A stretch of DNA of 63,856 bases, filler included, from Vicugna vicugna (GCA_013265495.1; 79 parts of 77 records of this genome joined end to end with filler, not necessarily neighbours in it); one strand, 5' to 3'. Positions 48,853 to 60,979 are shown, counted from the whole stretch's first letter. Notes: generated by a model from the sequence alone, not told the origin. A program made the numbers and translations.

Positions 48853-49353
48853 ACCTGGGAATACCTGTGCTCCTTGAAAAATGCGTGGACTCTGTTTCCC
48901 CACCTCCAGCACACACATGAAGAATTGTTCTGGTATCCTGAGTGTGGGGAGGCACCTCCCACTGACAGCAGCATCTGGGATCTAATAGTATCCCTTAGGT
49001 TATCTTCCCTGAGTGTTTTCCAAGGACGGGATGGGAGCNNNNNNNNNNNNNNNNNNNNNNNNNNNNNNNNNNNNNNNNNNNNNNNNNNNNNNNNNNNNNN
49101 NNNNATTCCCTCCCTGGGAACACCTGTGCCCCCATAAATTTGCGTGGACTATGTATCTCCAACAACAGCACACACACAAAGACTTGTTCAGGTATTCTGA
49201 GTGTGGGGAGCCTCCTCCAACTGACAGAAGCGCCTGGGTTCTAATAGAATCCCTTAGCTTGTCTTAGCTAATGGCATGCCTAGGCTGGAGAGTGGGGGAA
49301 AGTGGGGATTGGGTTTGAAGTCCAAGTAGCAACGGGTGCCCCCCGATTTACTG
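48853..49353 (-). repeat. Satellite C
   Basis: Two monomers with the CTGAGTGTGGGGAG..CCTCC.ACTGACAG core. Confidence 0.9.
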
Positions 49354-49689
49354 NNNNNNNNNNNNNNNNNNNNNNNNNNNNNNNNNNNNNNNNNNNNTTA
49401 ATTAATTAANNNNNNNNNNNNNNNNNNNNNNNNNNNNNNNNNNNNNNNNNNNNATAAACTGTTCTCAGAAACCACTACAGTAAAGAAAGGTGGACTTATG
49501 GAATTTTGGCTTGTGCTCTCCTGTAATGTGCAGAAACCATTCTCTACACCACCAAATCCAAATGTATGCTTCCTCCATGTTTATGTTTGCACACGGCTTA
49601 TTAATGTAGAAGGTACCTGCAGTAATTCCATCTCGGTTGCTTTCCAAGGTTGCAGATTATCCATAATCAGTCTGTGAACGAAAATACTA

Positions 49690-49885
49690 CAATATAATTA
49701 AAAATATTGCAACCATGTCAGTCAGCAAAGAATACTGATACCAAGTAATTAAAGGCTGCTGCCACCCCACAGCGAAAAGGACAGGCCTGCAGCACAGCAG
49801 CTGCAGCACATCACAATGGTGCCCACTGAGAAGACTCAGGATAAGAAAGGACAGGCTACTGGCCCTAGATAGCTAGGTGCTTGTC
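49690..49885 (+). mobile_element. ERV1-type LTR fragment
   Basis: AATTAAAGGCTGCTGCCA...TGGTGCCCACTGAGAAGACTCAGGAT.AGAAA..ACAGG.TACTGGCCC.AGATAGCT resembles recalled cetartiodactyl ERV1 LTRs. Confidence 0.6.
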
Positions 49886-50770
49886 NNNNNNNNNNNNNNN
49901 NNNNNNNNNNNNNNNNNNNNNNNNNNNNNTTAATTAATTAANNNNNNNNNNNNNNNNNNNNNNNNNNNNNNNNNNNNNNNNNNNNAGTAATAGCTTTCCT
50001 GCCTGCCTGGGGCATCAGCTGATGTGAAATCCCACCTAGAAACTGTCCAGCAGCTCTTCCGTAACACAGGCTACACTTTCTCAGGATTAAGAATTGGGTC
50101 CAGTGACCCCTTCACTGAAGAATAAAGACAAAGCAGAACAAGAGAGTTCTGCCCCTCCCCCGGGGGGAGCCCAGACCTTGGGCTGCATGTACTGCGCCCG
50201 CCTCCCAGAAGGATAAACTGGAGAAAATGTCCTGCGAAGTGGGGCAGCAAAGGTTTTGATGGGAACAAATTGACCAGCTGGCCAGGGACAGCCCACTCCA
50301 TCGCTGCATTGGAGGCTGCCACCTCCCCCTTAGCACATCCTGCCTACCTTTGGTGGTTAGACTGTCAGGGAAACTGTGCTTTGAGACCTGGGGCAATAGA
50401 GGCTGCCCCCAAGCCAAGCTGCTAGGAGATGGGAGCTAAATCTCCAGCTCCCAAGCGGCAGGCTCCATACCCTCGCCACCACCCCGCTGCCCCCGCAACC
50501 TACCACACCCCAGGGGCAATATGACCCAGAGAAGGGTGACCTGGGAACGAGGGACAGTATAGGCCACTCCCATGTCAGGCCTCCAGAAAGATGGTAGTTT
50601 ATCCTCCAGCTCACCAGAGGCAGCTCCCCTCTCCTTTCCACCCCCTGATCTCACCACGCCCACCTCCCAGNNNNNNNNNNNNNNNNNNNNNNNNNNNNNN
50701 NNNNNNNNNNNNNNTTAATTAATTAANNNNNNNNNNNNNNNNNNNNNNNNNNNNNNNNNNNNNNNNNNNN

Positions 50771-51672
50771 GTGTCCCCAACACCAGCACAAACACAAAGA
50801 TTTGTTCAGGTATCCAGATTGTGGGGAGTCTCTTCCACCTGACAGCAGCGCCTGGGTTCTAATAGTATCCCTTAGCTTGTCTTCCCTGATGGCATGCCTA
50901 GGCTGGAGTGTGGGGGGAAGTGGTGTTTGTGCTTGAAGTCCAAGTAGCATTGAGTGCCCCCTGATTTACTGGGGAAGTACTTAGAGGATTTCACCCTAAA
51001 ATGGAACACCTGTGCCCCCATTCATCTGCGTGGACTGGGTCTCCACAACTCCCCCCCACACAAGGCTGGGATCCGGAATCCTGAGTGTGTGGAAGTTCCT
51101 CCAACTGACAGCAGCGCCTGNNNNNNNNNNNNNNNNNNNNNNNNNNNNNNNNNNNNNNNNNNNNNNNNNNNNNNNNNNNNNNNNNNNNNNNNNNNNNNNN
51201 NNNNNNNNNNNNNNNNNNNNNNNNNNNNNNNNNNNNNNNNNNNNNNNNNNNNNNNNNNNNNNNNNNNNNNNNNNNNNNNNNNNNNNNNNNNNNNNNNNNN
51301 NNNNNNNNNNNNNNNNNNNNNNNNNNNNNNNNNNNNNNNNNNNNNNNNNNNNNNNNNNNNNNNNNNNNNNNNNNNNNNNNNNNNNNNNNNNNNNNNNNNN
51401 NNNNNNNNNNNNNNNNNNNNNNNNNNNNNNNNNNNNNNNNNNNNNNNNNNNNNNNNNNNNNNNNNGTATTAGCGAGTGCCTATCCATGGGATGTGGAGGT
51501 GTTTAACCTACATCCTCCAACCTAGGAATACCTGTGCCCCAGGAAAAATGCGTGGACTCTGTTTCCACACCACCAGCACACGTGCGAAGAATTGTTCTCG
51601 TTTCCTGAGTGTGGGGAGGCTCAGCCAACTAACAGCAGCACCAGGGATCAAGTAGAATCCCTTAGCATGACT
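50771..51672 (-). repeat. Satellite C
   Basis: GACAGCAGCGCCTG at 50841 and 51107 (266 bp). Confidence 0.9.
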
Positions 51673-51773
51673 TNNNNNNNNNNNNNNNNNNNNNNNNNNN
51701 NNNNNNNNNNNNNNNNNTTAATTAATTAANNNNNNNNNNNNNNNNNNNNNNNNNNNNNNNNNNNNNNNNNNNN

Positions 51774-52347
51774 TGTTCTATATTCTAAATTCTGTGCTCT
51801 GCATTTCATGTTCTATATCCTGGGTTCTCTATTCTATATTCTAAATTCTATATTCTGTGTTCTTCATTGTATATTCTAAATACTCTATTCAGTGTTCTTC
51901 ATTCTATATTCTAAATTCTGTGTTCTGCATTCATGTTTATAAAATCAATATTCTGTATTCTGCATTCTATATTATAAATTCTGTGTTCTACATCCTATAT
52001 TCTAAATTCTATATTAAGTATTCTGTATTCTATAGTCTAAATTCTGTGTTCTGCATTGCATGTTCTAAATTCTGGGTTCTGTATTCTGTTTCCCATATTC
52101 TAAATTCTGCGTTTTACATTCTATATACTGTATACCATATTCTTCATTCCGTGCTCTATATTCTATATTCTGTGCTCTACGTTCTATATTCAGTATTCTG
52201 TATTCTATATTCTAAATTCTGGGTTCTGCATTCCATTTTCTAAATTCTGGGTTCTATATTCTCTATCCTATATACTATATTCTTTGTTCTAATTCAATAT
52301 TATAAATTAGATATTCAGTATTCTGTATTCTATATTCTAAATTCTGT
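51774..52347 (+). repeat. Satellite E (heptamer)
   Basis: 7-bp periodic ATATTCT/AAATTCT/GTGTTCT. Confidence 0.94.
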
Positions 52348-52447
52348 NNNNNNNNNNNNNNNNNNNNNNNNNNNNNNNNNNNNNNNNNNNNTTAATTAAT
52401 TAANNNNNNNNNNNNNNNNNNNNNNNNNNNNNNNNNNNNNNNNNNNN

Positions 52448-53019
52448 CTAGGCCTAGAAAACATTTTGGAAGTTAAGCTAAGGGATTGTATTGGAACCCA
52501 GGTACTGCTGTCAGTTGGAGGAACCTCCCCACACTCAGAACACCAGAACATTTCTTCGTGTGTGTGCTGGATGCAGGGAAACAGAGTCAAAGCATCATTC
52601 AGGGGGTACAGATATTCCATGGTTTTTGGTTGTAAGTTAAACACCCACATCCCATGGATATGCTCTCGCTTATACTTGGTTAAGAGTCCAATCCAAACTT
52701 TCCCCCGCACACCGGGCTTGGCAATCCATCATGGAATAAAAGTTACAGTATTGTAATAAAACCCAGGTGCTGCTGTTAGTTGGAGGAACCACCCCACACA
52801 TAAAACATCTGAACCCCATGTCGTGTGTGTGCTGGAGTAGAGAAACAGGGTCCACGCATCTTTGTGGGGGCACATGTGTCCAGGTTGGGGGTATACATTA
52901 AGCACATCCACTGTGAAATATAGGAACTCGCTAATACTTGGCTTCAGAGCACAACCCCCAACTTCGTTCACAAACCGGCCAAGGAAAATACTCAGGGAAT
53001 TCAACCAAATGGATCCAAT
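52448..53019 (+). repeat. Satellite C
   Basis: CCCAGGT.CTGCTGT.AGTTGGAGGAACC at ~52497 and ~52762. Confidence 0.88.
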
Positions 53020-53119
53020 NNNNNNNNNNNNNNNNNNNNNNNNNNNNNNNNNNNNNNNNNNNNTTAATTAATTAANNNNNNNNNNNNNNNNNNNNNNNNN
53101 NNNNNNNNNNNNNNNNNNN

Positions 53120-53632
53120 GAACATAGAATACAGTATATAGAAACCAGAATTTGGAACATTGAATGCAGAACATAGAATTAAGAATATAGAAAACAGAAT
53201 TCTGAATATAGAATTTAGAATGTAGAATGAAGAACACAGAATATACAGTATAGAATAGAGAATATAGAAACCAGAAATTGGAACATGGAATTCAGAACAC
53301 AGAATGTAGAATAAAGAATACAGAATACTGAATATAGACTATGAATATACAATGTAGAACACAGAATATAGAATACGGAATGCAGAATATACAATACAGA
53401 ATATAGAATGTAGAACACACAATATAGAATATTGAAATCAGAATACAAAACACAGAATTGAGAACATGGAATGCAGAAAACATTATTTAGAATATAGAAA
53501 AGAGAATACTGAATATAATGAATATAGAGAATATAGAATGTAGAACACAGAATTTAGTATATAGAATAAAGAATACTGAGTATAGAGTTTAGAATATAGA
53601 ATATAGAACACAGAATATAAAATAGAGAATAG
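53120..53632 (-). repeat. Satellite E (heptamer)
   Basis: AGAATAT/AGAACAC/AGAATTT periodicity. Confidence 0.94.
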
Positions 53633-53734
53633 NNNNNNNNNNNNNNNNNNNNNNNNNNNNNNNNNNNNNNNNNNNNTTAATTAATTAANNNNNNNNNNNN
53701 NNNNNNNNNNNNNNNNNNNNNNNNNNNNNNNNAC

Positions 53735-53859
53735 TTCCCAAAGACAGGCTTGAGCTGCTTGGAGATGGAGTTCTCCTCACGGGCGTCAGTCTTGCCCAGC
53801 TGGATGGTGATGTAGGGGTCGGCTTTGCCACTGATGTCTGCAGGGTGCAGGTCTGTGGC
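53735..53859 (-). pseudogene. OTOF: OTOF-like exon (C2E domain), diverged duplicate; downstream of the two exons
   Basis: CTCCATCCCAG acceptor and GT donor at 53734-53733. Encodes [41 protein letters not shown](K) versus recalled [47 protein letters not shown]. 125 nt, one codon shorter. Open frame, so pseudogene status is inferred from divergence only. Confidence 0.85.
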
Positions 53860-53971
53860 CTGGGATGGAGGGGTGGTCCTGAGTAGGCTCCCCACACCCT
53901 GCTCATCTCCCAGTGCCCCTGGCCTCTCCTTGATGGCCCCGTGATGGTGAAGGGCAGAGCACTGGACCAGA

Positions 53972-54042
53972 GACTCCTGTGACCCTAGGCAAGATGCCGA
54001 CCCTCACTGGGCCTTGGTTTCCTCCCCTATAAATGATGGGAA
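53972..54042 (+). mobile_element. MIR fragment in the OTOF-like intron
   Basis: TGTGACCCTAGGCAAG...CTGGGCCTTGGTTTCCTCCCCTATAAATG is a MIR core. Confidence 0.7.
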
Positions 54043-54141
54043 CCAGATTCACTGACCTCCCTGGTGCCTCCCAGTTGGAGGCTGTCAGTTTGCAGCTGCT
54101 TCAGCCCCTCCTGGGCAGAGGGGATGCGAGGGGACTCTCAC

Positions 54142-54279
54142 CTGGGCGACAGAGACTCGGAGCAGCATGTTGATGGGGTCATTGCTGGGGATGCCCTTTG
54201 ACATGCCACAGGTGGGGTTGTAGCCGGCTTCCCAAGACACATCCTCTGGGAGGGACACTTTTTTCATACAGAGGGAGCC
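54142..54279 (-). pseudogene. OTOF: OTOF-like exon preceding and entering C2E, diverged duplicate; upstream of the two exons
   Basis: CTCACCCCAG acceptor, GTGAGAG donor, 138 nt, phase 0. Encodes [46 protein letters not shown] versus recalled [46 protein letters not shown]. Splices in frame to 53859. Confidence 0.85.
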
Positions 54280-54413
54280 CTGGGGTGAGGCAGGCGTGGG
54301 TCAGGGTGCAGGTNNNNNNNNNNNNNNNNNNNNNNNNNNNNNNNNNNNNNNNNNNNNTTAATTAATTAANNNNNNNNNNNNNNNNNNNNNNNNNNNNNNN
54401 NNNNNNNNNNNNN

Positions 54414-55329
54414 AAGGGAACGGGTTGCAGGAGAAACACATACTCTAGTCTCCCAGTCAGTTTCCTAGTGCCGGTTTGAAGTTCCTGTAGTTTGCACTGT
54501 AAAACCGTGTTGGAGCTTGTCCCTCCCATATACATGTATGGAGTGGAGTTTGCAACTGAAAGAAACTTTGTGTCCCTTCAAGCTAGGTGAAGGACGGCTT
54601 TCACACACACTTATCTCTCAGAACTGAGCATGTGGAGAGACGTTCGTTCATCCAGCACAAAGGGAACGGGTTGNNNNNNNNNNNNNNNNNNNNNNNNNNN
54701 NNNNNNNNNNNNNNNNNNNNNNNNNNNNNNNNNNNNNNNNNNNNNNNNNNNNNNNNNNNNNNNNNNNNNNNNNNNNNNNNNNNNNNNNNNNNNTGAAACT
54801 TTGTGTTCCCTTCAAGCTAGGTGAAGGACGGCTTTCACACACACTTATCTCTCAGAACTGAGCATGTGGAGAGACGTTCGTTCATCCAGCACAAAGGGAA
54901 CGGGTTGCAGGAGAAACAATTACTCTGGATTCTCAGTCTGTTTCCTTGTGTCGGTTTAAAGTTACTGCGGTTTCCACTGTAAACCCGAGTTGGAGCTTGT
55001 ACCACCCCATATACATGTATGGAATGGAGTTTGGAACTGAAAAGAAACTTTGTGTCCCTTCAAGCTAGGTGAAGGACGGCTTTCACACACACATATCTCT
55101 CAGAACTGAGCATGTGGAGAGACGTTCGTTCATCCAGCACAAAGGGAACGGGTTGCAGGAGAAACACATACTCTGGTTTCTCAGTCTGTTTCCTAGTGCC
55201 GGTATGAAGTTCCTGCTCTTTGCACTGTAAAACCATGTTGGAGCTTGTCCCACCCATATAAATGTATGGAGTGGTGTTTGCAAATGAAAGAAACTTTGTG
55301 TCCCTTCAAGCTAGGTGAAGGACGGCTTT
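54414..55329 (-). repeat. Satellite D (~247-bp monomer)
   Basis: TTCAAGCTAGGTGAAGGACGG at 54811, 55059 and 55305 (248 and 246 bp); strand given relative to B. Confidence 0.95.
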
Positions 55330-55429
55330 NNNNNNNNNNNNNNNNNNNNNNNNNNNNNNNNNNNNNNNNNNNNTTAATTAATTAANNNNNNNNNNNNNNN
55401 NNNNNNNNNNNNNNNNNNNNNNNNNNNNN

Positions 55430-56158
55430 GCCTTCTATGTTCTTTATTGTGTATTCTGCATGCCTTATTCTATAATCTGTGTTCTGCATTCTATATTCTG
55501 AATTGTATATTCTGCATTCCGTATTCTATATTCTATATTCTGTGTTCTACATTGTATATTCTAAATACTATATTCAGTATTCTGTATTCTATATGCAAAA
55601 TTCTGCGTTCTAAATTGTATATTCATATTCTATATTCAGTATTCGGTATTGAATATTCTAAATTCTGTGTTCTGCATTCCATGTTCTAAATTCTGTGTTC
55701 TACATTCTCTAGTGTATATTTTGTGCTCATTATTCTACATTCTGTATTCTATATTCTGCATTCCATAGTCTATATCCTATTTTCTGTGTTCTTCATTCTA
55801 TATTCTAAATTCTATATTCAGTATTCCGCATTTTATATTCCAAATTCTGTGTTCTGCATTCCATGTTCTAAATTCTGGGTTCTATATTCTGTTTTCAATA
55901 TTNNNNNNNNNNNNNNNNNNNNNNNNNNNNNNNNNNNNNNNNNNNNNNNNNNNNNNNNNNNNNNNNNNNNNNNNNNNNNNNNNNNNNNNNNNNNNNNNNN
56001 NNNNNNNNNNNNNNNNNNNNNNNNNNNNNNNNNNNNNNNNNNNNNNNNNNCTTTGTTCTCCATGTTCTAAATTTTGCATTCTGTATTCTGTTTTCCATAT
56101 TCTATATTTTGTCTTCAACATTCTATATTCTTTATTCTATATTCTACATTTCGTATCC
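55430..56158 (+). repeat. Satellite E (heptamer)
   Basis: 7-bp periodicity. Confidence 0.94.
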
Positions 56159-56258
56159 NNNNNNNNNNNNNNNNNNNNNNNNNNNNNNNNNNNNNNNNNN
56201 NNTTAATTAATTAANNNNNNNNNNNNNNNNNNNNNNNNNNNNNNNNNNNNNNNNNNNN

Positions 56259-57083
56259 GAACAGGGAACAGCTGTGACTTAAGAGAGCTTCTTGGAGTTG
56301 TCTCTCGATCTCCCCCAGACACTGACAATATTTCCAGAATCCTGAGCGTGGGGTGGTCCACCAACGGTCGGCAGCGCGTGGGTTCTAACGGAAAGCATAA
56401 GCTCGTCTCCCCTGAGAGTTTTCCTAATGTCTCTGGGCCAGGGAACGCTAGGGGGNNNNNNNNNNNNNNNNNNNNNNNNNNNNNNNNNNNNNNNNNNNNN
56501 NNNNNNNNNNNNNNNNNNNNNNNNNNNNNNNNNNNNNNNNNNNNNNNNNNNNNNNNNNNNNNNNNNNNNNNNNNNNNNNNNNNNNNNNNNNNNNNNNNNN
56601 NNNNNNNNNNNNNNNNNNNNNNNNNNNNNNNNNNNNNNNNNNNNNNNNNNNNNNNNNNNNNNNNNNNNNNNNNNNNNNNNNNNNNNNNNNNNNNNNNNNN
56701 NNNNNNNNNNNNNNNNNNNNNNNNNNNNNNNNNNNNNNNNNNNNNNNNNNNNNNNNNNNNNNNNNNNNNNNNNNNNNNNNNNNNNNNNNNNNNNNNNNNN
56801 NNNNNNNNNNNNNNNNNNNNNNNNNNNNNNNNNNNNNNNNNNNNNNNNNNNNNNNNNNNNNNNNNNNNNNNNNNNNNNNNNNNNNNNNNNNNNNNNNNNN
56901 NNNNNNNNNNNNNNNNNNNNNNNNNNNNNNNNGTCTCCCTTGTTCCCTAATTTCTCTGTGCCAGGGAATGCTAGGGGGTATTGCAGGATATCCCAGTGTC
57001 AGTGGTTGCCTCCCCAAGATCAGGAAATGTATTTCTCAGCTTCCCCGAGCATGGAACACCTGTGACTGAAGAGAGCTGCGTGG
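56259..57083 (-). repeat. Satellite A
   Basis: A motifs on both sides of a gap. Confidence 0.93.
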
Positions 57084-57244
57084 NNNNNNNNNNNNNNNNN
57101 NNNNNNNNNNNNNNNNNNNNNNNNNNNTTAATTAATTAANNNNNNNNNNNNNNNNNNNNNNNNNNNNNNNNNNNNNNNNNNNNCCCCTGCTCCATGCCCT
57201 TGCCATGGGGTGCTGAGCCCCACTCCCAAACCTGAACTACAGAG

Positions 57245-57695
57245 GGCAACCTACAGATTTAATGAAATCCCTATCAAATTACCTAGGACATAGTTCATAG
57301 AAGTAGAACAAATCATAATCAAATTTATATGAAACCATAGAAGACCTAGAATTTCAAAAGCATTACTTAAGAAAAAGTAAGAGGTTGGAGGAATAACCCT
57401 CCCACTTCAGACAATCCTATAGAGTTACAGGCAAAATAACAGCATGGTATTGGTACAAAATCAGACATATGGACCAATGGAAAAGAATAAAGAGCTCAGA
57501 AATGAACCCACAAACATTTGGTCAACTAATCTTCAACAAAGGAGGCAAGAATAGACAATTGAATCAAGACAGTCTCTTCAGACAGTCTCTTCATGGTGTT
57601 GGGAATACGGGACAGCAGCCTGTAAATCAATGAAGCTAAAACAGTCCCTTACACTATACACAGAAACAAATTCAAAATGGATCAAAGACTTAAAC
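57245..57695 (+). mobile_element. LINE-1 ORF2 fragment, 5'-truncated at ~57245
   Basis: GCAACCTACAGATTTAATG.AATCCCTATCAAA, AACAGCATGGTATTGGTACAAAA, GACCAATGGAA.AGAATA, AATTCAAAATGGATCAAAGACTTAAA; unrelated GC-rich sequence upstream. Confidence 0.92.
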
Positions 57696-57795
57696 NNNNN
57701 NNNNNNNNNNNNNNNNNNNNNNNNNNNNNNNNNNNNNNNTTAATTAATTAANNNNNNNNNNNNNNNNNNNNNNNNNNNNNNNNNNNNNNNNNNNN

Positions 57796-58534
57796 GAACA
57801 CAGAATTAAGAATATAGAATACGGAATACTGAATATAGAAGTTAGAATATAGACTGTAGAACACAGAATATAGAAAATAGAATAAAGAATACTGAATATA
57901 GAGATTAGAATATACAATGTAGAACACTGAATATAGAAAATTGGTTAGAGAATGTAGAACATAGAATATTTAACATGGAATGCACAACACAGAATTTAGA
58001 ATATAGAATACAGAATACTGAATATAGACTTATGAATATAGAATGTAGATCACAGAATATAGAATATAGAACACGGAATGAAGAATATAGAATATAGAAT
58101 ATAGAATGATGAACACAAAATATAGAATGTAGAATAGAGAATATAGAACCCAGAATTTAGAACATGGAATTTAGAACACAGAATTTAGAATATTGAATAC
58201 AGAATACTGAATATCGTATTTAGAATATAGAATGTTGAACTCAGAATATGGAATATAGAATACAGAATATTGAACACAAAATTTACATCACTGAATGCAG
58301 AACACATAACTTTAAATATAGAATACAGAATACTGAATATAGAATATGAATATACAATGTAGAACACAGAATTTAAATTAATATAATACAGAATACTTTA
58401 TATAGAATTTAGAATATACAATGTAGAACCCAGAATATATAATATAGAATACGGAATGTAAAATATAGAATACAGAATATACAATGTACAACACAGAATA
58501 TAGAATATAGAATAGAGTATATAGAACACAAATT
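57796..58534 (-). repeat. Satellite E (heptamer)
   Basis: AGAATAT periodicity. Confidence 0.94.
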
Positions 58535-58634
58535 NNNNNNNNNNNNNNNNNNNNNNNNNNNNNNNNNNNNNNNNNNNNTTAATTAATTAANNNNNNNNNN
58601 NNNNNNNNNNNNNNNNNNNNNNNNNNNNNNNNNN

Positions 58635-60160
58635 TATATTCTATATTCTGTGTTCTAAATTCTATATACTAAATTCTATATTCAGTATTCTGTATTTTAT
58701 ATTGAAAATACTGTGTTCTGCATCCGATGTTCTTAATTCTGGGTTCTGTATTCTGTTTTCCATATTCTATATTCTGTGTTCTACATTCTATATTCTGCAT
58801 ACTGTATTCAGTATACTGTATTCTATATTCTAAATTNNNNNNNNNNNNNNNNNNNNNNNNNNNNNNNNNNNNNNNNNNNNNNNNNNNNNNNNNNNNNNNN
58901 NNNNNNNNNNNNNNNNNNNNNNNNNNNNNNNNNNNNNNNNNNNNNNNNNNNNNNNNNNNNNNNNNNNNNNNNNNNNNNNNNNNNNNNNNNNNNNNNNNNN
59001 NNNNNNNNNNNNNNNNNNNNNNNNNNNNNNNNNNNNNNNNNNNNNNNNNNNNNNNNNNNNNNNNNNNNNNNNNNNNNNNNNNNNNNNNNNNNNNNNNNNN
59101 NNNNNNNNNNNNNNNNNNNNNNNNNNNNNNNNNNNNNNNNNNNNNNNNNNNNNNNNNNNNNNNNNNNNNNNNNNNNNNNNNNNNNNNNNNNNNNNNNNNN
59201 NNNNNNNNNNNNNNNNNNNNNNNNNNNNNNNNNNNNNNNNNNNNNNNNNNNNNNNNNNNNNNNNNNNNNNNNNNNNNNNNNNNNNNNNNNNNNNNNNNNN
59301 NNNNNNNNNNNNNNNNNNNNNNNNNNNNNNNNNNNNNNNNNNNNNNNNNNNNNNNNNNNNNNNNNNNNNNNNNNNNNNNNNNNNNNNNNNNNNNNNNNNN
59401 NNNNNNNNNNNNNNNNNNNNNNNNNNNNNNNNNNNNNNNNNNNNNNNNNNNNNNNNNNNNNNNNNNNNNNNNNNNNNNNNNNNNNNNNNNNNNNTTCTGT
59501 GTTCTGAATTCCATGTTCTAAATTCTATATTCATTATTCTGTATTCTATATTCTAAATTCTGTGCTCTTCATTCCATGTTCTAAATTCTGGGTTCTGTAT
59601 TCTGTTTTCCATAATCTATATTCTGTGTTCTACATTCTATATTCTGCATACTGTATTCAGTATGCTGTATTCTATATTCTAAATTCTGTGTTCAACATTC
59701 CATGTACTAAATTCTGGGTTTTATATTCTCTATTCTATAATCTAAATTCTGTGTTCTGCATTCAATATTCTAAATTTTATATTAAGTATTCTGTATTGTA
59801 TACTCTTAATTCTGTGTTCTGATTCCATTTCTAAATTCTGGTCTCTATATTCTGTTTTATATATTGTATATTTTGTGTTCTTAATTCTATATACTACATT
59901 CTATATTCTGCATTCCGTATTTATATGGTATATTCTGTGTTCTACATTCTATATTCTAAATTCTATATTCAGTATTCTGTATTCTATATTCTAAATTCTG
60001 TGTACTACAATCCATGTTCTAAATGCTGGGTTCATGTTCTAAATTTTCATTATTCTGTATTCTATATTCTAAATTCTGTGTTCTGTTTCTAAGTTCTAAA
60101 TTCTATATTCAGTTTTCTGTATTCTATATTATAAAGTCTGTATTCTTCATTCCATTCCAT
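58635..60160 (+). repeat. Satellite E (heptamer)
   Basis: ATATTCT periodicity on both sides of a gap. Confidence 0.94.
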
Positions 60161-60260
60161 NNNNNNNNNNNNNNNNNNNNNNNNNNNNNNNNNNNNNNNN
60201 NNNNTTAATTAATTAANNNNNNNNNNNNNNNNNNNNNNNNNNNNNNNNNNNNNNNNNNNN

Positions 60261-60879
60261 CCGAGAAAAAACTTCCCTGACCTTGGGGAGGCAGCCTCTG
60301 ACATTAGGGTATCCTGCAAACACCCTTGCATTCTCTGGCAGAGAGAAAATAGGAAAACACTCAGGGGAGAAGAGCTTAGGCATTCCGTTAAAACCCACGC
60401 GCTGACGACCGTTGGTGGAACCTCCCCACGGCCAGGATTCCGAAATAATTGTCAGTGCGTGGGGGAGCTCGAGAGACAACTCCACGAGGCTCTCTTCAGT
60501 CACAGGAGTTCCCTGTTCGTAGAAGTCCGAGAAATAACTTCCCTGACCGTGGGGAGGCAGCCTCTNNNNNNNNNNNNNNNNNNNNNNNNNNNNNNNNNNN
60601 NNNNNNNNNNNNNNNNNNNNNNNNNNNNNNNNNNNNNNNNNNNNNNNNNNNNNNNNNNNNNNNNNNNNNNNNNNNNNNNNNNNNNNNNNNNNNNNNNNNN
60701 NNNNNNNNNNNNNNNNNNNNNNNNNNNNNNNNNNNNNNNNNNNNNNNNNNNNNNNNNNNNGGTGTTCCCTGGGAAGTCCGGGAAATACCTTCCCTGACAT
60801 TGGGGATGCAGCCTCGGTCACTGGGATTGCCTAAAATAACCACTAGCATTCCCTGGCACAGAGACATTAGGAAAACCCT
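60261..60879 (+). repeat. Satellite A
   Basis: A motifs. Confidence 0.94.
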
Positions 60880-60979
60880 NNNNNNNNNNNNNNNNNNNNN
60901 NNNNNNNNNNNNNNNNNNNNNNNTTAATTAATTAANNNNNNNNNNNNNNNNNNNNNNNNNNNNNNNNNNNNNNNNNNNN

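Noticed and set aside
49465..49680. Possible minus-strand exon after TTTTCGTTCACAG
   Set aside because: Stops or no recognisable protein in the frames examined; adjacent to an LTR fragment.
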